IMG/VR virus record: IMGVR_UViG_3300042569_001383
Location: 24,125-88,124 of that record
Source of the DNA: a virus
Lineage: Duplodnaviria > Heunggongvirae > Uroviricota > Caudoviricetes
Reading direction: 5' to 3' (one strand)
Length of the DNA stretch: 64,000 bases
Numbering within the stretch: position 1 is the first letter of the stretch; each line of letters begins with the position of its first letter. This document shows positions 38,580 to 48,090 of this stretch, in pieces. The position numbers and the translations under genes were made by a program. The notes beneath the pieces were generated by a model, which saw nothing but the letters and a program-made list of their open reading frames with translations, was not told the DNA's origin and made no database searches.

Positions 38580-41096
38580 TCATTTTCCAAAGGAAAAGAA
38601 TTTTTTTGCGTTATTATTTTCTGGAAAAGCTCCCCAATTCATTGCAGCGTAAAAATCATCTAATTTATTTTGAAGTTCTTGTCTGAATATTTTATTACGG
38701 TCAATGTACTGTTCCACAAATTCCATGGTTGGTATTGGATCTTCATAACCTCTAAGTGCCATTGTATCGAATCCATATGGATTATCTGCTAAATACGCCC
38801 ACTTAACCTTTTCTCCATTTTGTATCGGAGTAATATCTTTGATTTTATGCATATGTAAAAAATCATTGAAATTGATTGCGGCTTTAACGTGTGCTGGAGT
38901 TCCTTTTGGATATCCGGTGAATGGACGTCGTCCTTTTACGAATTTTGAAATTTCCTTGACTCCGGAGTTTTTCATTACATTCAATACTTGTGAATTTTTC
39001 AATCCGGATTTGAAATTATGTATTACATCGGATGTCGTTGTTTTATCTCGTTCCTTAAGAATATTCCACAATGTTTCTTTCATGATTTTTTTGAAATCTT
39101 CCGGGAAACTAGACCTAACAACATCTAATCCTTTGATGTCTAATTTATCGGTAGGTTTTCCTTCTTTAAAAATAACCCATTGTGCGTAACGTTTCTTTGC
39201 AATCCACAAACCAGATTTTGCAATGTATTCTTGTTTAATTTGGAATCGATGCGTGCGTGTATTGTGAAACTTGTCTGCATATATATCATACATTGCATTA
39301 ACTTTGCGTTGAACTTCAGATGCAATTTCATTGGTTTTTTCAATCATAAATTGTTCGTCGGTTTCATCGCAATCTGGATATCGTGCTTTGATTAATGGCA
39401 AACTAGATACAAAGGTTGAATCTGTATCAGTATAAAATGCATATTCTGCGCGCATTCCGGTTGCATTGATAAAATGATCCGCACCAATTTCTTTTGTGTA
39501 ATGTGAATTGATTACTTTTGCTGAAAATTTAATGATGCTTTGTCCTGTTGCTGTAATCGCACCTGCATTATCTAAGTCATGGAATCTAAATGTTTTTAAA
39601 CCTAATACTCCGTAAAATGAATTAAGCAATACTTTTTGTGTTAATTGTAATGCATCGTAAAATTTATATTGTTCAGATCCAACAGCATATTCATCGCGTT
39701 TATCTTTGTATTCTACACGTTCATTAAACCATTTTTCTAGAATAGTTGGTAAGAATCCTTTAATATCGGTTCGATATACAGCTCCGTTGCTAGCAACTGT
39801 ATATTTGTTATCTTCAAGCCAATTGCGAACATTTTGTGCATACGTGCCATCTGTGAAATATACCTGCGTAGCTTCTGGTTTTAATAAACATTCCGAATCC
39901 CAATTTTGAATAACAGTTACTTTGGTTTCTGGAGATATATTCAAACTCATGATGATACTTGGATACAAAGAAGTTAAATCTAAGTCATAAATCCATTTAT
40001 ATAATCCAGGTACTGGCGCCATTACATAAGCTCCTGCCAATGCATCGGATTCAGTTTCTTCTTCTACAAAGCGGAATCGTTTATTTGGAGCAACTAAATT
40101 GTTACGTTTTAAATCGACAATTGCTGCACCATCTAAATATTTAGATGCATAATATACATCTTCATAAGGAACATGTCCTTTGTGACAAATTGTACGTGCT
40201 AACGGTATCAATTGCAATTTATCATCTAAATCATGCACTAAATTAACATCGACCATGTTATATTCAACAAATTTATTGATATCAGTGGCAAACAATTGAT
40301 TCAAGTCGCCTTCGTATTCTACTTTACCTCGTCCTAATTCAAATTTAGCAACGGTGTCTAAACGATAATTGGCTAATTCAGTGTAAGTAAACTTTTTATA
40401 CAAAGTTAAATAATCTAAACTAGATACACCAAATATTTTGTATCGTTCTCGATTTTTATTCCATTCAACTATTCCAGCTGGTGACAATTTTTTTGTGGCT
40501 TGTACACCTAATATGTTTTTAATTCGATTGATTAAATATGGAATATCGTAATTATCAGTATTCCATCCGGAAATTACTGTGGGTTGTATTTCTGCGAATA
40601 TGTTAATGAATCGAGTTAACATTGTAGCTTCTGACGTAAATACTTCAACTACATAGCCATCACCACCAAACCCGTTGCATTCTAAACGACGTTCTTCGTC
40701 TAATAGCAATACGCGTCTATCGTTGGTTGATTTAGAATAATATGCAATTGATGTAATTCTTGCACGTGCTTCTGCTGCGGTTGAATAACCATTTTCATCG
40801 CGTTCCGTTTCAATATCAAAAAAGAAATCACGATGACCTTTTGACGGTTCATCTGATTCATGATATAAATCTATTAATGTTCGAATTTCTTCATTTATAT
40901 CAGATTCATATGCTTCTGAATTATCTTTAAAATTTCCTTCAACGCGACTTAATCGAGTTCCGTCCAATGACAGACTTGTGCCATTTTTGTCTGGCATATA
41001 TGCATATGGTTTGAATGGAAACTTTTGGTGTCCTAATTCATCATCCCACACGTGCATTATGCCCGTTTTTTTATCGTAACCTATTGACTGAAACAT
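38580..41096 (-). CDS. DNA polymerase, family B (T4 gp43-like)
   Basis: DLTSLYPSII (motif A, DxxSLYPS), YTDTDS (motif C), KxxxNSxYG-like motif B region, and an N-terminal exonuclease region. 838 aa. Confidence 0.95.
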   Translation of the reverse strand: MFQSIGYDKKTGIMHVWDDELGHQKFPFKPYAYMPDKNGTSLSLDGTRLSRVEGNFKDNSEAYESDINEEIRTLIDLYHESDEPSKGHRDFFFDIETERDENGYSTAAEARARITSIAYYSKSTNDRRVLLLDEERRLECNGFGGDGYVVEVFTSEATMLTRFINIFAEIQPTVISGWNTDNYDIPYLINRIKNILGVQATKKLSPAGIVEWNKNRERYKIFGVSSLDYLTLYKKFTYTELANYRLDTVAKFELGRGKVEYEGDLNQLFATDINKFVEYNMVDVNLVHDLDDKLQLIPLARTICHKGHVPYEDVYYASKYLDGAAIVDLKRNNLVAPNKRFRFVEEETESDALAGAYVMAPVPGLYKWIYDLDLTSLYPSIIMSLNISPETKVTVIQNWDSECLLKPEATQVYFTDGTYAQNVRNWLEDNKYTVASNGAVYRTDIKGFLPTILEKWFNERVEYKDKRDEYAVGSEQYKFYDALQLTQKVLLNSFYGVLGLKTFRFHDLDNAGAITATGQSIIKFSAKVINSHYTKEIGADHFINATGMRAEYAFYTDTDSTFVSSLPLIKARYPDCDETDEQFMIEKTNEIASEVQRKVNAMYDIYADKFHNTRTHRFQIKQEYIAKSGLWIAKKRYAQWVIFKEGKPTDKLDIKGLDVVRSSFPEDFKKIMKETLWNILKERDKTTTSDVIHNFKSGLKNSQVLNVMKNSGVKEISKFVKGRRPFTGYPKGTPAHVKAAINFNDFLHMHKIKDITPIQNGEKVKWAYLADNPYGFDTMALRGYEDPIPTMEFVEQYIDRNKIFRQELQNKLDDFYAAMNWGAFPENNNAKKFFSFGK

Positions 41097-41109
41097 CGAG
41101 TCTTTCTTT

Positions 41110-41616
41110 TTAATTTAATTTATAAACATCTGGTAATTCTCTTTGAATTCCGTTATTATCTAATCCATAGCCCAAAATCCACTCATCATCAATTTCAAAT
41201 CCACAAAAATCAGTTAAATCTACACCATTTTTACGTTTAAACAAAGTAACAACTTTTACCTCAGCAGGTTGGCGACTATTTATCATGAACAATGCTTCTA
41301 GAATAGTAGAACCAGTATCACAAATATCGTCAACTAAATATACTTGTTTGTTGTGTAAATCTAACTCTAAATCCTTAAGACAAATTACGCCACCAGAATT
41401 GTCTTGTCCACTATATGATTTTAAACGTATAAAATCTAATTCACTCGTAACACTTAATGCACGAGTAAGATCCGAAAAGAAATGTATTGAACCATTTAAA
41501 ATGCAAATCATTACCGGTGGTAAACTTGATTTTGATTTTCGATAATCTTGTGTAATTTCAACTGCTAGTTGATATACTCGATTTGCGATTACATCTTTTG
41601 TAATGAATTTTTCCAT
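41110..41616 (-). CDS. hpt: hypoxanthine-guanine phosphoribosyltransferase
   Basis: PRPP-binding motif VYLVDDICDTGSTI. 168 aa type I PRTase. Confidence 0.8.
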   Translation of the reverse strand: MEKFITKDVIANRVYQLAVEITQDYRKSKSSLPPVMICILNGSIHFFSDLTRALSVTSELDFIRLKSYSGQDNSGGVICLKDLELDLHNKQVYLVDDICDTGSTILEALFMINSRQPAEVKVVTLFKRKNGVDLTDFCGFEIDDEWILGYGLDNNGIQRELPDVYKLN

Positions 41617-41822
41617 AAACGATATATTCCGTAAAGATTGATTGCTATGATAACTAAACTTAAAACCATATGACTGATATTGTTAATATGCAAATCATAT
41701 ACAATCCAACCGATATCGCCTGATATCCAAGTTATCATTGCGGCTTTATTATATCCACGTGCATTAGCAACATAGCCAACTAATACCAATGCCGTGCTTA
41801 CCCATCCTAGAATTTCTATCAT
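41589..41822 (-). CDS. small membrane protein
   Basis: 77 aa with two hydrophobic helices. Confidence 0.3.
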   Translation of the reverse strand: MIEILGWVSTALVLVGYVANARGYNKAAMITWISGDIGWIVYDLHINNISHMVLSLVIIAINLYGIYRLWKNSLQKM

Positions 41823-42118
41823 GGTTTCAAATTTATCATTGCAATTTCATGTTCGCGAACTAGAATAAAATCGGTTGATCCTAATTGTACTTTCTTTTGT
41901 GAACCTAAATTACCAGAATAAATTTTAACTCGGTCTCCGGATTTTACAGTCATAGGAATTTTATTTCCGGTTTGAGTAAATAATCCATCTCCTACTGCAT
42001 AAACATCACATTCGATATAATCATCCAATGAATTCATAATGATAATACCACTTTGAGTTTTATCTTGTTTTTCTAATTGTTTTAGGAGTACTTGATCTCC
42101 AATTGGTTTCCATTCCAT
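41819..42118 (-). CDS. groES: co-chaperonin GroES (Cpn10, functional analog of T4 gp31)
   Basis: 99 aa. MEWKPIGDQVLLKQLE ... SGIII parallels GroES MNIRPLHDRVIVKR ... GGIVL. Mobile loop and roof hairpin spacing are conserved. Confidence 0.7.
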   Translation of the reverse strand: MEWKPIGDQVLLKQLEKQDKTQSGIIIMNSLDDYIECDVYAVGDGLFTQTGNKIPMTVKSGDRVKIYSGNLGSQKKVQLGSTDFILVREHEIAMINLKP

Positions 42119-42133
42119 AACTTATTCCTATTT

Positions 42134-42385
42134 TTATTTATTAAACATTTCCGTAACTGATTGTGGTGTTATATTGCTACCAACCAATCTTCCCGTAACT
42201 GTGCCGTTATTATCAATTATAACAACACACGGTACATTGCGAATACCATATTGTTCACAAGTTGATTTATTTGTATCAACATCAATGAATTGTACCGGCA
42301 ACGTTTGTGATAATTGTTGCATTTTTGGTTTTATCATTTTACATGGTCCACACCATTCTGCCGTAAAATATAATATTTTTTTCAT
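42134..42385 (-). CDS. trx: thioredoxin
   Basis: WCGPC active site, 83 aa. Confidence 0.85.
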   Translation of the reverse strand: MKKILYFTAEWCGPCKMIKPKMQQLSQTLPVQFIDVDTNKSTCEQYGIRNVPCVVIIDNNGTVTGRLVGSNITPQSVTEMFNK

Positions 42386-43171
42386 TTATACTCCTCGTTT
42401 CGTATCAAATGCAATGATGTGGTCTCTTCCGGTCATATTATAACCTTTTTCTGCACACATATCAAATACAATTGGATACATTTTTATTAATTCATCTCTA
42501 GTGTCGCCAGCTGGCATTATGTATGTTTTATGTTTTGGAATACCCATTTCTACTCGGAATGTTTCAATTTCTTCTAAATTTTCCGGTGTTCCATCCCATA
42601 CTGGTTTATAATGATAATCATGATGATATGCAATCATTTTTGCAATATTTTCTCGATGCAACCTAAATTTATTATGTTGCTTAATCATACGTTCATCAAC
42701 TACGTCACCTAATGGTGTCGTTGCTCCAATTACCGGTACCGAGTTATTAAATTTAGGAGATAATGAAACTAAGTCAAATGGAATTTCAGTTTCAACGTAA
42801 TGTGAGCCTTCTGTCTCAATTGTGGTAATGATACCACGCTTGCTAGCAAACATAGTCAATTCATTCATTAATGCCGGGTGCATTGTCGGAGAACCGCCTG
42901 TAATCATCATTTCTTTAACGTGAGGATTAGCATCATATATTGCAATGATATCATTGAATGTGAAAGTTCCTTTTTCCGGATGTATACTAGTATACCAACT
43001 ATCACACCAACCGCCTTCACCAAAATAGCATCTATGAGTGCATCCCGTTGTTCTTACTGCAATTGTAGGTCTGCCAAATCGACTGCCTTCGCTTTGCACA
43101 CAACGATACAATTCAATGATTGGTAATGTTTTATTGTAATCTGTAATTCTATTAGAATGGGAGGTCGTCAT
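42386..43171 (-). CDS. queE: 7-carboxy-7-deazaguanine synthase QueE (radical SAM)
   Basis: QSEGSRFGRPTIAVRTTGCTHRCYFGEGGWCDSW parallels E. coli QueE QGEG ... G.P..F.R..GC ... C.WCD. ITGGSP cluster motif. Confidence 0.8.
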   Translation of the reverse strand: MTTSHSNRITDYNKTLPIIELYRCVQSEGSRFGRPTIAVRTTGCTHRCYFGEGGWCDSWYTSIHPEKGTFTFNDIIAIYDANPHVKEMMITGGSPTMHPALMNELTMFASKRGIITTIETEGSHYVETEIPFDLVSLSPKFNNSVPVIGATTPLGDVVDERMIKQHNKFRLHRENIAKMIAYHHDYHYKPVWDGTPENLEEIETFRVEMGIPKHKTYIMPAGDTRDELIKMYPIVFDMCAEKGYNMTGRDHIIAFDTKRGV

Positions 43172-43499
43172 GTTCTTCCTGTATTATTAATGTATCAAGT
43201 CTTTTAACTAATTGTGCGAACTGCGTTTCCAGGTTAATAAGTCTTTGATGTAATTCCGTTAAATTATTTAAAGGTGCAGTGGGTGTAGGTTCTTTGCCAA
43301 AATATTCATCTAAGAATGATACTGGATATGTAGCTACTGAAGTAAATTCTGTCGTTTGCAATGCTTCCGGTAACGGTTCATATACAATTTTAATTCGCTT
43401 TGCCTTTGCTGCTGCGTTAACTTCTCGTCCTAAACCAGATTGTTTAGATGCTTGTCCTCTATATGTATACAAGGACATGTATTGTTCATTACTCTCCAT
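43152..43499 (-). CDS. hypothetical protein
   Basis: 115 aa ORF between queE and queD. Confidence 0.3.
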   Translation of the reverse strand: MESNEQYMSLYTYRGQASKQSGLGREVNAAAKAKRIKIVYEPLPEALQTTEFTSVATYPVSFLDEYFGKEPTPTAPLNNLTELHQRLINLETQFAQLVKRLDTLIIQEEHDDLPF

Positions 43500-43974
43500 A
43501 AATTGCTGAGTTTTTATTATGTTCGTTAAATTCTACTTGAGTAACACGTACTCTATTATTTGTTTCTTCTAGTACAAATTCATTTACTTTATCGTAGATG
43601 TATTTTGCGAATTGTTCTGCTCCGGTAGCAGGAATAATTCTTAGCTGGATAAGTTCTATTTCGTTCATTGCTTTAAAGTATGGCAACAAAGGATCATCTT
43701 CAGCTATAATTGTAGTGTGATCAAACGTATGATCCATCCATGCTTTAGGATTCATTCCTCCAATAGTACATTTAGCACGTTTCATACCACCAAAATCCCA
43801 GACCCAATTTTTTTCATCTAGTTCACCTTCAAATGTGATTTTAAATGAAATGCCATACCCGTGTAAGAATTTGCAATGTGTATCTTCTGCTCGCCATTGA
43901 CGGAAACAAGTTGAGTAACCGTCGAATAATTTTGTTGAATTATATTTTGCCATTTTATCCTTCTTTACTATCAA
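43489..43974 (-). CDS. queD: QueD-like 6-carboxy-5,6,7,8-tetrahydropterin synthase (T-fold)
   Basis: CKFLHGYG resembles the CxxxHGH zinc motif, with the second His replaced by Tyr. Size and context fit. Confidence 0.55.
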   Translation of the reverse strand: MIVKKDKMAKYNSTKLFDGYSTCFRQWRAEDTHCKFLHGYGISFKITFEGELDEKNWVWDFGGMKRAKCTIGGMNPKAWMDHTFDHTTIIAEDDPLLPYFKAMNEIELIQLRIIPATGAEQFAKYIYDKVNEFVLEETNNRVRVTQVEFNEHNKNSAIYGE

Positions 43975-44365
43975 ATTTATAATCGTCTGGAGTTGATGTT
44001 TGCATATTGCATTTTACTACATTATACGTGGTAAATGGCCTAGTAACTATTTTTACAATGTCATTGCGTTTTAATAATTCTAATTCCGGACACTCTAATG
44101 ATAACATGATGCGACAACGATTTAACATTGTCGGCGGAATTGATTTTAATAAATCAGGTGTCACTTCCAATGTAACGATGTATCGCATATCTAACATTTC
44201 TTCGATAATTTGCCAATTTGGCTTATCTGTTATGTAACTAATACACAAGTAAATATGTGGATATTCATCCCAATTATTTGGTATTTGAGTTCTAACAAAT
44301 ACCGTAGCGATATCCGTTAATGGACCTTCTACCTCTTTGCCGTAAAAATATTCTACTCCAAACAT
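43955..44365 (-). CDS. hypothetical protein
   Basis: 136 aa. Motif A lies upstream at 44375-44390. Confidence 0.35.
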   Translation of the reverse strand: MFGVEYFYGKEVEGPLTDIATVFVRTQIPNNWDEYPHIYLCISYITDKPNWQIIEEMLDMRYIVTLEVTPDLLKSIPPTMLNRCRIMLSLECPELELLKRNDIVKIVTRPFTTYNVVKCNMQTSTPDDYKFDSKEG

Positions 44366-44374
44366 ATGTTTTTA

Positions 44375-44390
44375 TTTATTATATGAAATT
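44375..44390 (-). promoter_or_regulatory. motif A variant upstream of 43955-44365 (head of the queD-queE segment)
   Basis: Plus-strand tttattatatgaaatt. Confidence 0.4.
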
Positions 44391-44392
44391 AA

Positions 44393-45313
44393 TCAATCAT
44401 TCCAAACCAAAAAGCTACGAATAAATTTCGTATCTCCATTTCTATGCAAAGATTCAGCAAATGCTTGTTTATAATCTTTAGAATCATATGCATTGGTCCA
44501 AACCCAATCAACATCTAAAACTCCTTGTTCAATTAGTTCTGGAGTTCGTTTCATTATGATAGGAAACGATTTGGATCTAGGAGATGGAAATGAATATTGT
44601 AAATTTTTCCATAATGGTTTCCAAAATGTGGTATGTACTGGTTGATTGAATGATGCAGCCAAATATATATGTGCATTATCATTAGCTACATCCGTTATGC
44701 GTTCGTAATTTTCTTGTTTACCACTTAATTCCAAAATGACGTCATATGTATCACAAGTGTCAAACGTAACAAATTTGGCGCCAATTCGGTTCCATTGTTC
44801 TTCATTATGATTTCCAATTACATGAATTGATAACTTTGGCAATATGTGTTTAAGATATTGTGCAGCTAAATTAGATACAAAACCAGATCCAACTATTAGA
44901 ATATGTTTCATATCAACATGATGATTCCAAAAATATAGTATTTGATTTGCAATGTTTACCGAACACGCAACTGGCTCAATGATATATTTTGTACTCAATT
45001 CTGGTACTCGAGTTGTATTAGGTTCCGTTGCATAAAAATATGGAGAATATGCTAAATCATCTCGAGATGCAACAAAATCGCCTACTTTGAATTCCGTTAT
45101 ATCGGCTCCAACTGCAACCACTTCGCCTACCGATTCGTGTCCGAAACAACCATATGGAATTTCAATTTTACCTGTGTATTGGTCAATATCACTTCTGCAA
45201 ATGCCGGTATATTTAGTTTTGATTAAAATTTGATCGGGACGCATTTCGCCTAAATCGAAATCATAATCATTGATAGTTTCACCTCCGAAACTATGAAATA
45301 TGGTTGTTTTCAT
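44393..45313 (-). CDS. zinc-dependent medium-chain dehydrogenase/reductase (alcohol/sugar dehydrogenase-like)
   Basis: GHESVGEV catalytic zinc motif and GICRSD. Second Rossmann motif IVGSGFVS. Confidence 0.7.
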   Translation of the reverse strand: MKTTIFHSFGGETINDYDFDLGEMRPDQILIKTKYTGICRSDIDQYTGKIEIPYGCFGHESVGEVVAVGADITEFKVGDFVASRDDLAYSPYFYATEPNTTRVPELSTKYIIEPVACSVNIANQILYFWNHHVDMKHILIVGSGFVSNLAAQYLKHILPKLSIHVIGNHNEEQWNRIGAKFVTFDTCDTYDVILELSGKQENYERITDVANDNAHIYLAASFNQPVHTTFWKPLWKNLQYSFPSPRSKSFPIIMKRTPELIEQGVLDVDWVWTNAYDSKDYKQAFAESLHRNGDTKFIRSFLVWND

Positions 45314-46240
45314 TTAATATATTATGTTTTTGATTTGTGTAACTGTTTGAATTGATTCCGTAAAGTTTTCTAATATCGAGTGAATTTCAGTATCATATGC
45401 CTGATGTTTTTTATATGTTGCGTCATCTGCAAACATGTATTCTTGCAACATGGAATTATATGCCGATTCCGGACATAACCCAGATATGAAATCAAATACT
45501 TCTCCGGATTTCATATGAAATTTCCATTTTACTACATCGGAGTCTGTATCATATTTCCATGTACTTATGCATTGTATATCAATTCCGTTTGATTCAGCAA
45601 ATACAATAGCACAATCATCTACATCGTAAATTCCATTTGCATGAAATTGTCCGTAAGACGACTCGTTTGTTACAGTATCCATATCATATTGCTGATAACA
45701 AGTTGCGTGTATATTTTGCAAAGGTTGATTGGTAACGCGTTGTGCGACACTTAATAAATGTGGCATCAAATCACGTGAAACTCCGCCACCTGCTAATTTT
45801 TTATTAGTAAACCAACTGCCTGCTCCTGGAATTCTATTTTGATTCACCCAAAACAATTGCAAAGCTTTGATATTCGATGTATCAATAGAATCAAATATGA
45901 TGCGATGTTGATTGTTTTTTACCATGAACAATTTAGAGTTAGGATATGTTTCGTAAAAAGATATCCAACGGTGAACATCAGCAAAACCAGGCTTTTCTAC
46001 TACAATTGTAGCTACGCCATGTTTTGCCATAATTTCAGCAACAGTTTCGTGTGTAAAATTTGGAGTACAAACAATACCCATATCTACATGTATGTTTCGC
46101 AATGCATCTTCAATATATAAAAAATCAGCGTTTGCGTCTGGATTGATGTCTACCGTAATTACATTCCATCCGATAGATTTACATACATCAACATACAATT
46201 TACCAATACCTAATCCAACAATTGCTACTGTCTTATGCAT
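45314..46240 (-). CDS. Gfo/Idh/MocA-family NAD(P)-dependent oxidoreductase
   Basis: N-terminal VAIVGLGIGK Rossmann motif and VVEKPGF (the EKP signature of this family). Confidence 0.7.
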   Translation of the reverse strand: MHKTVAIVGLGIGKLYVDVCKSIGWNVITVDINPDANADFLYIEDALRNIHVDMGIVCTPNFTHETVAEIMAKHGVATIVVEKPGFADVHRWISFYETYPNSKLFMVKNNQHRIIFDSIDTSNIKALQLFWVNQNRIPGAGSWFTNKKLAGGGVSRDLMPHLLSVAQRVTNQPLQNIHATCYQQYDMDTVTNESSYGQFHANGIYDVDDCAIVFAESNGIDIQCISTWKYDTDSDVVKWKFHMKSGEVFDFISGLCPESAYNSMLQEYMFADDATYKKHQAYDTEIHSILENFTESIQTVTQIKNIIY

Positions 46241-46937
46241 TGTAACCTTTTATAAATTCGTAAAATTCAAATCGAGTGCTAGAATCAGTCATAAATGCAC
46301 CCGATAACTTTGCAGTTTTCATTGATGCACCACGATGTTTTACTCCTCGACATGATACACAGTTATGAGTTGCTTCAATCATAACTGCTACGCCTTTATT
46401 GTCAGTAATAAGTTCGTCGATTGCATGTTGTATTGCCACTGTTAATTGTTCTTGAATTGCTCCGCGTCTTCCAAAATGTTCAACTACTCGATTCAATTTA
46501 CTTAAACCTACTACATTGCCATTTTCTGCTGGAATATATGCAATATGAACTAAACCTTCAATTGTTTGATGATGGTGACTACACATCGATGTTAATGGAA
46601 TTCCTCCTTCAAACACAATTCCATCATATCCATCGCTAGGGAAAGATGTGATATCAGACATTGGTTCGTAACGACCTTTCCATAAATCATTAACATATGC
46701 TTTTGCTACACGACGAGGTGTATTATCCGAGTTTGGATCATTTTCCCACGCAACACCTAGTGCACGTAAAAACTCACCATAATGATGAGCAGCATCATCG
46801 ATAATCTCTTGTTTCTCTACATCGGTTAATCTTGCATCTGGTCCGAATATTATTTGTTTTGTTGCTAATTGTGTTGAGATGCCATTAGCAAAACCAGATT
46901 TAACTAATTCTAAATTTTTTCTTTGTTCTTGAGTCAT
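46233..46937 (-). CDS. folE: GTP cyclohydrolase I FolE
   Basis: MCSHHHQTIEG (CEHH motif) and GLVHIAYIPAENGNVVGLSKLNRVVEHFGRR (GTP-CH-I signature). Confidence 0.9.
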   Translation of the reverse strand: MTQEQRKNLELVKSGFANGISTQLATKQIIFGPDARLTDVEKQEIIDDAAHHYGEFLRALGVAWENDPNSDNTPRRVAKAYVNDLWKGRYEPMSDITSFPSDGYDGIVFEGGIPLTSMCSHHHQTIEGLVHIAYIPAENGNVVGLSKLNRVVEHFGRRGAIQEQLTVAIQHAIDELITDNKGVAVMIEATHNCVSCRGVKHRGASMKTAKLSGAFMTDSSTRFEFYEFIKGYNA

Positions 46938-46988
46938 AACTTGTTTCTTATTTATATTATAAGATAATTTATTTAAAATTCAAAGTTT

Positions 46989-47441
46989 TTACATGTTTGG
47001 ATCGCCTGGAGTATCTATTCCGGACCAATCGTATTTTGTCAGTTGAACTAAATTTACTTTGATTTTTGAATTTCCTAATGCCCAATTGGCTACGAGTCTA
47101 TGATGTCCATCGTATATTGCCTTTTCGCCATTACTAAATTGAACAACATTGATACGAGGTAATTTATCGATGTTATCAAGCAGTTGCTTTACTTTGTTTG
47201 CTTGAATGTTTGGTTGCGTTATATGAATATCCGATATGTCTACGTATACAATATGATGTTTCTCTTCATGTCGTTCGTATGCAACTATAACATCATTCCA
47301 ACTGTGTTGACTTTTATTAAAAATACTTTCTATATTTTTAGCATCATCAAATAGTTTGCCAGCTGGTAATCTATCAATTTTTTGATAAGCTAAATTACTA
47401 GAAGATTCAATTTCTTTTAATATGTGTCGTAATCGTATCAT
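46989..47441 (-). CDS. hypothetical protein with a ParB/Srx-like DGHHR motif, paralog of the next gene at its termini
   Basis: AIYDGHHRLVA resembles the DGQHR/ParB-Srx motif. Shares the MIRL.HILKE N-terminus and a YDWSGIDTPGDPNM C-terminus with 47448-47867. Confidence 0.4.
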   Translation of the reverse strand: MIRLRHILKEIESSSNLAYQKIDRLPAGKLFDDAKNIESIFNKSQHSWNDVIVAYERHEEKHHIVYVDISDIHITQPNIQANKVKQLLDNIDKLPRINVVQFSNGEKAIYDGHHRLVANWALGNSKIKVNLVQLTKYDWSGIDTPGDPNM

Positions 47442-47447
47442 AGTTCT

Positions 47448-47867
47448 TTACATTATTGGATTGCCCGGAGTATCTATACCAGATGCATCATATTTTGTTT
47501 TTTGAATATTAGTGTAAAATTCATTATCTAACCATCTGGTGCCATATTTTTTTATAAATCTTTGAAAAAATGGTAAATTTGTTAATTCAGTAGTACCATT
47601 TATCATTTCAGCATCATAAAATTTATTTCCTAACTTTACCCATGAATGTCCATTTGGGTCATTTGGAAAGTCAAAAGACCATTGATGATCTCCTCCAAAC
47701 CGTTCCATGAACAATGATGCCCATATATCACAATAACCATCGTTAATTTCTTGTGGGGTTAATGATTTGTAATCTTCCCTATACTCATCATTTATCCTAT
47801 CAATTAATTCAGATTGAAATTTGTTATCAATATAAGACTCTTTCAATATATCTTTTAATCGTATCAT
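47448..47867 (-). CDS. hypothetical protein, paralog of the previous gene (shared N and C termini)
   Basis: MIRLKDILKE ... YDASGIDTPGNPIM. Confidence 0.4.
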   Translation of the reverse strand: MIRLKDILKESYIDNKFQSELIDRINDEYREDYKSLTPQEINDGYCDIWASLFMERFGGDHQWSFDFPNDPNGHSWVKLGNKFYDAEMINGTTELTNLPFFQRFIKKYGTRWLDNEFYTNIQKTKYDASGIDTPGNPIM

Positions 47868-47868
47868 A

Positions 47869-48090
47869 TTAATAAATATCTTTTAGGATAGTTTCGCCTT
47901 TTTTATGTTTAGGCTCATAAGGACAATGTCGACATCCGTTGCCACAACATGTTCCGCGTCTTCGATGATACTCTTCAGTCATTACTCGATAACCGTTAGT
48001 ATCATAATAAAAGTCCGTTGGAAGGAGCTTGTTGCCAAACTCCTTCACGAACTGTTGTTGTATCCAATCTTTTGATGCCGGTTGTATCAT
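47869..48090 (-). CDS. small Cys-rich protein
   Basis: CCGNGCRHCPY cluster. Immediately upstream of the RNR. Confidence 0.3.
   Translation of the reverse strand: MIQPASKDWIQQQFVKEFGNKLLPTDFYYDTNGYRVMTEEYHRRRGTCCGNGCRHCPYEPKHKKGETILKDIY

Noticed and set aside
41110-41616. Considered as QueC (the missing 7-cyano-7-deazaguanine synthase)
   Set aside because: It carries a PRPP-binding PRTase motif (VDDICDTGST), not the PP-loop SGGxDS. It is an HGPRT.
43955-44365. Considered as QueF (preQ0 reductase)
   Set aside because: No QueF E(S/L)K(S/A)hK motif or catalytic Cys context recognised. Left as hypothetical.
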